A program made the position numbers and the translations under genes. Positions 54,049 to 64,000 of a stretch of DNA of 64,000 bases are shown one piece after another. Every line of letters starts with the position of its first letter. Within the stretch, counting starts at the first letter, position 1. Source of the stretch: Eledone cirrhosa (Eukaryota); assembly GCA_964016885.1 (NCBI GenBank), contig OZ024740.1, positions 233,244,001 to 233,308,000 on the forward strand. The letters are read 5' to 3'. Under the pieces are notes generated by a model that saw only the letters and a list, made by a program, of their open reading frames with translations, was not told where the DNA came from and ran no database searches.

Positions 54049-54229
54049 TATTCAACAGATGCACGTCTGGTGCTATAATATATGTAAAAACGTATTATTT
54101 GAACCAAGGCTAAATAGAAATTTAACAATAGTCAAAGATCTGATTTACAGAAATCTTGTCACCCCTTCTTAATTCCGATGCTGAATCCCACCAGTAACTG
54201 CTACTTCATATATCAATAAGTTACCAGAT

Positions 54230-54638
54230 CAGGGGCGTGCAACAGGCGGCCCGCGGGCTTCAATCTGGCCCACCAGACCAGTCAGAGTGGCCTGCGATGA
54301 TCATTTTTAATTTTTACGATGACCATTTTTAATTTTATGACCATTTATATAATTTAGGTTTATTAATGTGAGACTTGTTATTTGGTATAGGTCAACTAAC
54401 AGAAAATTGTATTATGGTTACGACGAAAATTTAAAATAAGCCTACAAATACCAAGTCTCACATTAATAAACCTAAATTATATTTTATTTGTCTTTATTGT
54501 TTGAAAATGTATTCACAGTGTATTTATGATACAATTCACTGGTTTTTATTAGATTACATATTTTTTACAGTGACTGGCCCTAATAGTTGTTCCAATGTTC
54601 AAAAGTGGCCCGCCAATAGAATATGTTGCACACCCCTG
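54230..54638. mobile_element. hAT (Charlie-like) MITE
   Basis: TIRs caggggcgtgcaaca / tgttgcacacccctg; 8-bp TSD taccagat/tactagat; subterminal ggccc motifs. Confidence 0.9.
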
Positions 54639-56031
54639 TACTAGATGCTTCCCATCTAGTAAAAAGAAATAAATATTTGAGATAGATTAGGATGGTAAAT
54701 GTATATCAAAGCAGTAGATGATTTGACTATATACATTGCCAGACAGTTTAGAAGCTCTAATTTTATATCAAGCAGTGATCAGCACTTTCTTTTATCTTTG
54801 CAGTCCTATAATTGGTTAGCTACAACAACATTTCTTTTCCGCTCCACTGACCTCAATAGACAAGAACCCAATGTACGTAGGTAAGTCTGTAGTAAGACGA
54901 GTCAAGGATATGATTTAGGTTCGCTGTTTAATTTATATTGTACCACATTCGTTAAATTAGCAATCCGTTTTAACATCTGAACATCAAAAATCTAATTAAC
55001 TTACACGAATAAATTAGGGATCTCTCATTCTAAAAAGAAATTGTTTTCCAGTCAAATAATAATTTATTACATAGAAAAAGAGAGAATATTTTATGGTAAT
55101 TAAGTCCAAAGCATTACTAGTGTTTGATTTCTTGAAAACAGATAGTTAAATTGTTAAAATAGAGATGATGATGATGATAATGAAGTTTCTCCCCAGGTCA
55201 ATCGTAACTGAAAACACTTATGAGTAAAGAAATTTCAGACATGACCTTTAGGTATTTTTTTTTTTAAATATTATTGTGTCCTATATTTAAAATGGTTGTA
55301 GGATATGTCGGATATTTGATTAATATTTCTAGCAGAACAAGCGATCACTTAGAAGCTCCTTCGTTTGCTCCGTAATTCCACATTGGCTCATATAAACTAG
55401 AGAAAAGCACTGATGAGATTTGAATGGAGGACGTCAAGAAAGGAAAGTAAATACTCTTAGGTATTTAGTCCGATATTCTAATATTTCTTCCACTTCACTG
55501 CGTTCCGTCAAGTTTTGGAATTTTATTTGTCCTTGATACATAATTTCACGATACCAGAAAATTTAAAAGTAATGCCAATCCTGTTGTGGGTCGAACATAA
55601 AGCTACTTAACTATATAGCGTAAGGGATTGACTTCAGTGCTCTACCGATTATGACATCCAACACCAATTATTTAAATAAACAATGGAAATTTAAAAAAAT
55701 TAAGAATGATAAAATCCATGACTAGTATATATGCTGTGTCTATTTTGATATCTCGTCCTCTACGCTTTAAGCCTGAGCTGATATTACATATAGAAGTAAA
55801 ATTCAATAAATCAAACACTATAACTGATTTTATAACCGCCTGTTTTAAATAGTCAGAAATAAAGCAGTTTTCTTTCAATTAGAGAATTAATCTCACTTTG
55901 CCCCCCCCCCCCCCCCTACAAAGAACCCACTTCAGAAAGATGATAAAACTCCCATCAGCATCTACTTGTCACTTCGCATTAAGGTTTGACACCATGCTTT
56001 GCAGCATAGAGTTACGCCCCTTTACGGTCTG

Positions 56032-56652
56032 ATGTAATAACAGTTGTTCAAACAGAGTTACCTTTAACCAAAACCGTCAATTACGTAAACTTGAACGTAA
56101 CACATCTTGAATACACTATGCACGTAGTACTAGTACTAATGCAAACAAAAATGAATAATAAACAAACAAATAAAAGAAATGCATATTCATCCCTACCACA
56201 TGAGCCATTCACCACTTCCATATTTTAAAATTCACCGCTTTCAGAGCTAGAAATGCCGGCATAGGAAGAACACAAGGATCTCCTGCTTCGAGGCAGTCTC
56301 CGTAACCCTAGTTCTAACATTTAATATGCTATTTGTATTGCTTTAACCATCTAAAAGCCTGTTCTCTACATTTATACAGCGCTTCAAGCAAGTAACAACA
56401 CCCTCCTATATATACATGGATATAATTGGTACAGGTTAGTAGTTTATTCTGCTGGAGCGATTGGGATATGACTTTTAGATACGTTTTATCTCTCATTGCG
56501 TGGTATGTGTCTGGTGACTGAAGTCGAATGTAGGTTTATGGATTACGTTTGCTTGAGTTCCTGCATAGTGTATTCAAGATGTGTTACGTTCAAGTTTACG
56601 TAATTGACGGTTTTGGTTAAAGGTAACTCTGTTTGAACAACTGTTATTACAT
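56032..56652. mobile_element. Element with perfect 91-bp terminal inverted repeats
   Basis: 56032-56122 is the reverse complement of 56562-56652. Confidence 0.75.
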
Positions 56653-56725
56653 TTGATTCTATTCGTAGATAAAAATGAAATTAGTGTATATATTTTATGT
56701 TCAAGTTAGGGCGATTGGCAGTCTT

Positions 56726-56809
<84 letters not shown>

Positions 56810-56914
56810 AGTATATGTTGGTTGTTTACCGACGCCTCAGTATGCAGATTGGAGCACTCGACGAAGTACGCAGGCTGGTTCGGTTACTCCGGAGTAATGT
56901 AAAATAAAATAAGT

Positions 56915-57130
56915 CAAATATTCAAAATTTGGCTTCGTTTATTAAAGATGAACTGCTATATATATTTCGGTGACAGCCACTATTGGCTGTGACCTCTTCA
57001 GGCAGTCCAAAGTGGTGTACCTATCTCTACCAATTCGGACTGCCTGAAGAGGTCACAGCCAATAGTGGCTGTCACCGAAATATATATAGCAGTTCATCTT
57101 TAATAAACGAAGCCAAATTTTAAATATTTG
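56915..57130. ncRNA. Palindrome carrying two intact mirrored hammerhead motifs (minus 56952-57006, plus 57039-57093)
   Basis: actgc-CTGAAGA-ggt(c)acagcca-atag-tggctgt(c)acc-GAAATATATATA-gcagt. Confidence 0.88.
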
Positions 57131-57598
57131 GGGAGGGTTATATTGTAATAATATTGCCAGAATTAATAACAGAACACACTCACTGTTTGGTTGGTTTTCG
57201 CTTCTGTATCTTTTATGTCTCCACAGTTAATTCATTCGGTCTTCAATGTTTACCACTGACTGACCAACGTTCAAAAATACAGATATAATATAGATATAAA
57301 CACATATATATTCTAACAAAGTTCTTTCGTTGCACATCTGCAACATCATCAGTGGTACTACTATGTTCCTCCTGTTGTATTGTATATCTACGCCATCTTT
57401 ATTTTATCTATTTATTTATTTATTTATTTTTGTCTTCTCTGCGCATGCGTTTGCGTGTGTGTATAGTGTTTGGTGTGTGTTCGCGTTTGGATGACTGTGT
57501 TTTGGTTATTGTATTCTATCTTAGTTTACAAGTGTGTGTTTATGTGTGTTTGTTGATATTGTGCTTGTGTGTATATTTATTTATTTATTTATTTATTT

Positions 57599-59252
57599 AT
57601 ATTTCTCTTAAATCAGTATTGTTTGTTTGGGTGTTGTTATTCCATTCATTTTTTCTGTTTAGCTTTGGCCTTCTAAGCTCTATTTCGCTTGCTTCTCTGA
57701 TTTGCCTATCTGCTGGGTCATTTCTATGTTTAGATATTATTTTAATTTCTATGTTGTCTATGTTACCGTCATGTTGTTGTCTGGCGTGTTCGTATAGTAC
57801 TGAACCGTTTTTTCGTCCTTTTAGTTACCCCCGGTGTTGGTCTATCCTTTCTCCTATGCTACGAGCTGTCTCGCCTATGTATGTTGTTGTCCTGTTTCTG
57901 CAAGTACCCTCTGTACATCTTATGCTATAGACTACGTTTCTAGTTTTACAGTTTATCCGGGGGTTTACTTTACATATAACACATTTCCTATTAGTACAGT
58001 GGGTTTTCTTAAGAGGGTATGTTTTGCTGATCAGGGATTTTATGGTAGTTCCTGCTTTTCTACCACTTTAATCTTTAAGTGGGTCTTTCACAGGGCCTTT
58101 CTAGACTGGTTATCAGATTTCCCTCCAGGGGTAGCGTCCACGAACATGACACTCTTGTATCTCTGGTTGTCGTACCATGAGGTGGCTTTCCCTATCTTAT
58201 GTCCTATCTAAGTTGTTCCCTGATTTGCTCCTGTATAATAGGCCAATTCCTTTCATGTCCAGTTTTATGAGGGTCTTATACTTCTCTGTGGCTCCGTATA
58301 CTCTGATTCTGTCTCTTTGGTTGTAGCCAGAGAACTGCATGCGGTTGATGAAGTGTTGGATGTGTCTTTCCATTTCTGTTGGGTCGCACATGCGGGAAAC
58401 GTTCTTCATCACTCGTACCAAGTCTGCGATCAGAATATTAAAGGTAGTACTAGTGGACATTACTGATTTTTTTGAGTATCAGGAATTTGGAGGCCATGGG
58501 TTAAGCGTAGTGTGAGTGGATAATTTGGGCCCTCTCGTCTATAGTGTTAATCCAGAGTTCCGTGTCTAATACAGGTAGTCTACTGTTAGGGTGTTTGGAA
58601 GGGTAGTCGATAGTTAGTTATACTCTGGTGTATGGAGTTAGCTATCTGCTGGATGCTTTCCATTGTGCTACATTCTAAATCATACTTGTTAGTACTCTCT
58701 TGTGGGGGTGTCCTTATTACTATATTAATATCGTCTACGTAACGAGAGTACATGATGTGGTCTATGGAGCTCTCATCAAGATCTTTGAATCTCCTTTCCC
58801 ACCATACCATAAAAAATGTTGGCAACGTCACCAGCTATGCTGATGCCAATGGCTGCTCCCTCATTTTGGGTGAAAATCTCATTGAATTTGAATATGTGGC
58901 CCTTTAGGGTAGTTTTAATACTAGTCCCTATTGCATGCGCAACCATTTTTCTTACCTGATCATTGTTTTGGGGGGTCTGTATGGCTTTAGTCCACCCAAT
59001 ACACCTTCCCATGGGAGTCCTTTTTGCTATTGAGGTTATGGTGGGGGGTCTACCTCTTATGGGTCTACTGGGGAAGAAACAGCTAGGGTCATGGCTGTCT
59101 AGGTAGTCGGTGTCATAGGTAAGTCTAAGTAGGAGGCCCAGTTCATCTGTGTCCACGTCACAGAACTCCACTTCACTCTCACTGATCATCTCCACACATT
59201 TTTCCACAGCAAAATCAATGTTAATGGATGGGTATAGTGATACCACGTCCAT
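57599..59252 (-). pseudogene. Penelope-like RT plus C-terminal GIY-YIG ORF, 5'-truncated, frameshifted
   Basis: MDVVSLYPSI, QNEGAAIG, YSRYVDD, LPVLDT, RMQFSGY, NVVYSIRC...YIGETARSIGERIDQH...RQIREA..LNRKNEW. Confidence 0.92.
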
Positions 59253-59289
59253 ACACGATTTCATATCAAAAACCTCGCAAAAAAAATAT

Positions 59290-60165
59290 AACAATGATAG
59301 TGAGAAAAATCGAAGTTGCAGCTACGGCTAGCATCTTTCGAGAAAACAATCCTCATAATCTGGCACAAGCACTCAGTGAGATAATATCCATAAATCGATA
59401 AGTTAAAGCTCAGAGTAATAAACATACGTTAAAGGTGTGACAAATTGAAAATGTGGTGGCTTTTGTGGAATTTCTTACCACCACAACAGAACATACAACA
59501 AAGAGACTCCACGTTCGATCTTAGGATACATTGCTAACATGCATATTGTGCAACTTGGAGTGTTGATTTAGGATTTCCAGAAACCAATCGATGATACTTT
59601 ATATCTATCGATCAGGTCCAGGTTCGTATAAACTGTTTGTATTTTCGTTGTTGTGGTGGCTTTTGTGTCATTTCTTACCCGGCTGCAATTTTCAATTTGT
59701 CACACCTTTAACGTATTTTTATTGCTCGTGCCAGCTTCTGAGGTTTGTTCTCTCGAAAGATGCTAGCCGTAGCTGCAACTTCGATTTTATTCACTATCAT
59801 TGTTATTAATATATCTTAGCCTTTATAATTAATCAATTAATTAATTAATTAATTGATTGATTAATTATTTGTGTTTGTCGAGACTTAATTCGGAGGCTGC
59901 GAATAGATTCCGTTGTTCACATTTCTTAATTTGCCCGCCAAAAACCCGGATGTGAATCTTCTTCTTTTCTTGAGAAAGAACATATGGCGCCGCTGCCATA
60001 GCTCATACTACAGTGATTGACAGCGGTGTCATCATACCGAGCTGTTGGTATACAGAACGAAACGCCTGTTGACAAAGGGACTCCACGTTCGATCTTAGGA
60101 TACAATACTGACTTGCATATTGCGTAAATTGGAGTGTTGATAGGGGATTCCAAGAAAATAATCGA
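59290..60165. mobile_element. Diverged inverted-plus-direct repeat element
   Basis: IR 59290-59453/59688-59804; direct repeat 59498-59590/60072-60165. Confidence 0.65.
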
Positions 60166-60379
60166 AGACACACACGCACACGCACACACACACACACACA
60201 CACACAGACACACATATATATATGTGTGTGTATATACATATATATATATATATGTGTGTGTATATACATATATATATATATATATATATGTGTATATACA
60301 TATATATATATATATATGTGTATATATATACATATATATATATATATATAAATATATATATACACACACACATATATAT

Positions 60380-60425
<46 letters not shown>

Positions 60426-60508
60426 ATAATAATAAATTTGAAGACTAAAATCCAAAGAGGGCTCGATAAGGATAAATATATATCAAATATATAAGAACCG
60501 TAGAGCAA

Positions 60509-60656
60509 ATATTTATTAAAATAACAGATTAAAGTTTAAGCAAAGAATCGCTGCTTTCACCCTTAACGGGATCTTCTGAAACTCTTCAGAAGATCCCGTT
60601 AAGGGTGAAAGCAGCGATTCTTTGCTTAAACTTTAATATGTTATTTTAATAAATAT
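60509..60656. mobile_element. 148-bp palindrome with decayed HHR-like motif next to (TA)n
   Basis: Centre ttctgaa-actc-ttcagaa; CAGAAGA-t-ccc-gttaa-ggg-t-GAAAG. Confidence 0.7.
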
Positions 60657-60735
60657 ATATATATATATATATATATGTAAAATAATTAAGTCAAATGTGT
60701 AACATTTGGCTTCGTTTATTATAAATTATAGATAT

Positions 60736-60792
60736 ACTGCTATATATATTTCGGTGTGACAGCCATCATTGGCCGTGACATCTTCAGGCAGT
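60736..60792 (-). ncRNA. Hammerhead motif, same family as 56952-57006, in a short (TA)n-flanked insert
   Basis: actgc-CTGAAGA-tgtcacggcca-atga-tggctgtcacacc-GAAATATATATA-gcagt. Confidence 0.8.
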
Positions 60793-60914
60793 CCGAATTG
60801 GTGTGGGAAAGACAGTTACACATGTTGTTGAAGTGTGTTTAACTCCGTCAATACATCGATATGTCCAGCTCTTGGTTGTGTTGTTATTCCTCTGAGGAAC
60901 TGGAATCATACTCA

Positions 60915-61058
<144 letters not shown>

Positions 61059-62244
61059 AAATTAATGCATGCTGGATTTCACAGCTCTGGCATCATTCCT
61101 TCATAGTTAGCCTATGAATGTTTCAGCCTTGTCACGTACATATGAGATAGGGGGAGAGAGAGACTAGAAATGACACGCAAAAAACAAAGAAAGATAATTG
61201 TAAGTGGAATTATGTAGATATGATGATGATGGTGCATGGCCTCGGATGTAATTGATTCTAAAAGTTTCAACATACGTTTAATTTAGTAATTTTCTTGTGA
61301 ATTACTAACAAACAACATATGGTTTGTGACTGACAGTGTTAAAACTTACCTCCCATATAGAATATGTAAGATAAAGTTTGAGAAAACAGCAGATGTTATA
61401 CCCCAATTACATACTGAATGTATGTCTTAAAATTAGATAAATCCCTAATAATTTTTATCTAATCTTTTCTTTATATTGATTAGTAAATGTCGTCGATTCG
61501 AATTAAATACAATGTTCTCATAAACACGATTTCGATTCCGGATTACGGAATTTTCGTTTTATTTACGGCTGGGTTGCTAATAACTTCGTTTCAGAGATAC
61601 AAAATACTAGGTTACTATCTTTAGCGAATGCTCTTTGCAATGAAAGGTCGACAAAATCGGTGAGTGTGAAATTTTATAGGCGGAAACTGTGTTTAAGCCC
61701 GCCAGGTGGAATATACCTGTAACTCAAAGGTCTGACCTTGTCACATAGTTTTACACTGATTTTAAGTGAGAAGTAAGATTATACTTAACTGGGAAATATT
61801 CTGCTATTTCCACGTTAATTTAATATCAAGATCAGAATTCCTCATTTTCTATATTTTCTGAATATATTTTTATCAGCTCATCTCTGATCAACTAAACCAG
61901 TGACCGAAGGCATTCCAGCGTTGGCAATCTAGTTCTCATTTTCAAAATGTGAATGCCAGCCTCTTACCCAATGAAGTTTTCTTTTTTCAAGATCGGGATG
62001 TAAAGTGGATTTAGCTGCGATTCTTTATCGGTTAAACTACCATATACACGTTTCCTTGTTGGTTTGTATATCAGCAATTGTATAGAATTTGAATCCTTCA
62101 AGTAAATAGAACTCAACTGATATGATGCGCAAATGGTGAGCCAAGTACGATACCACTCATTTATATAAATACGTTTTTTTTTAAGTCAAAAGAGGAAACT
62201 TTAACTAAATCTCTTTCCAAATTCAGAATCCTTTAATTGTTACA

Positions 62245-62456
62245 TATGAGGACCAGTCAAAAGTAACGAATCTATATAAATTTCTGAATTCAGGTGGAAC
62301 TTTTCATTCATATATACGTAGCGGGAAAATGTGACAGTGGGAAGTTAAAAGCGTTCTTTAGAAAGATGTAGCATCTCATTTTAGAATAAGGAGTTCCACC
62401 TAAATTTAGAAATTGACGTATTAATATAGATTCGTTACTTTTAACTGGTTCTCATG
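62245..62456. mobile_element. Tc1/mariner-type MITE
   Basis: TIR-like tatgaggaccagtcaaaagtaacgaatctata / tatagattcgttacttttaactggttctcatg; additional outer IR about 62190/62520. Confidence 0.6.
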
Positions 62457-63410
62457 CGTAAAAAATACAGGGTTTTGAGTTTCATGCTTTTCGAAACAGA
62501 TTTAGTTAACGTTTCCTCTTCGTTGGTCTTTCCGGCGTCTACAAAACTAACATTTCTCTCAAGGTTGCCTACTTGTAAGAGGGTGATATTTAATTACCAT
62601 GTGGCATGGAAAGCAAATCTTTCAAATGAAGCGGATTAAATTAGTAAAGGTAACAAACACTGGAAATATTCATATCTCTTATTGAATAACACAAATAGGC
62701 AGAACAGAGAACATTTAACACGGGAAATATGAGGTGAAAACTATTGCACAGCCTACGAAAAACTTCGCAGATATATGAACAAAGACATTCAATACGCAGA
62801 TTTATAAGCAAAGATGTTCCACGCGTGGCAACTGCTCTTATTTGTTTAAATATAATGTATCTAAGACTTCATTACCTAAACGATGCTTTTCCTCTTTTAA
62901 GACATTGGTTTGAGTTATTTTTATTATATTTATGCTGGAAGGGAAATTAAAGGAAGATCAAACAAACGAACAATTAAACAAATACAAGTAACACATTTTC
63001 TCTTTAAATGTCTTTATTTACGCATATTGGGATTAAAATAACTGTCATCTTATTCATCTGTTCAAACTTGCTCCAGACGTCGCATTGTGGAACCAGTTAG
63101 CTGTGACAAGACGTGTATGGCAGGTAGTATTTAAAGTACTGCAGCGGCCCTAACATTCAACCTGGAAACAAAGAAAATATCTGGCATGTTAGTTTATTAT
63201 AACCACACCAAGGATTTATTAGTGACAGTTACGTAGGTCAATTAGAAGTGCCTAAAAAGAAAAGAGTCCCAAAACTTCTTGAATTTACCTCGTATCGCTT
63301 CGCTCGATGAAGAAGGTGTAAGCGTTGCGCAATTCTGTATACCGGGTGCAACTTGCAGTCACAACTACACTTGTAGTGCCTTGAAACCTCTCTCTCTCTC
63401 TCCCTCTCTC

Positions 63411-63452
<42 letters not shown>

Positions 63453-63686
63453 TCTCTCTATATATATATAGAGAGAGAGAGAGAGTGAGAGAGAGAGAGA
63501 GAGAGAGAGACGTAACATTTATTACGCTAATTCTATATATATACACTAAGATATACACTATGAGACGACATTCGAGATGGACTTTGGCAGTTTCGATTCC
63601 TTCCAACGGAATTGCTGGTCCACCCGGGGTCAGAGCGGTTAACATAAGCCAAACGTTGTCCAGTGGAGTAAGAGACAAGAGACATA

Positions 63687-63907
<221 letters not shown>

Positions 63908-64000
63908 CGAACCACATCAAGATATTTGAACAAACTAAGTGCAGAAGGCCCAAATATAAAAATAAAATCAACAAACAAAAATACTGCCATCAGCAACACA

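Noticed and set aside
53838-54128. Poly-His/Ser/Ala ORFs
   Set aside because: Trinucleotide microsatellite translations
56236-56256. gctttcagagctagaaat (also gtttcagagctagaa near 8762) resembling a Cas9 sgRNA scaffold start
   Set aside because: Short match without the rest of the scaffold; compatible with chance
57352-57930. 192-aa hydrophobic plus-strand ORF
   Set aside because: Antisense shadow of the PLE endonuclease and a T-rich low-complexity tail

Overview
AT-rich, microsatellite-saturated eukaryotic DNA. The SINE families and (TA)n/(TG)n density suggest a cephalopod such as Octopus (inference). I found no intact protein-coding gene, and most listed ORFs are translations of simple repeats. 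The window holds decayed LINEs (Tx1/L1-like, R4/Dong-like, several RTE types), two Penelope-like elements (PLEs) with recognisable RT and/or GIY-YIG motifs, a mariner remnant, a non-autonomous Helitron, hAT and mariner-type MITEs, many tRNA-derived SINEs, and a 5.7-kb 33-bp minisatellite with a 2508-bp higher-order duplication. The most striking signal is a set of about a dozen short non-coding elements from several sequence families, arranged as palindromes or inverted-plus-tandem units. Most abut (TA)n tracts and carry minimal type-I hammerhead ribozyme (HHR) motifs (CTGANGA-stemII-GAAA-palindromic stemIII-NUH). This looks like a diverse, microsatellite-targeting, retrozyme-like family of non-autonomous PLE derivatives. 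All structures were read by eye.
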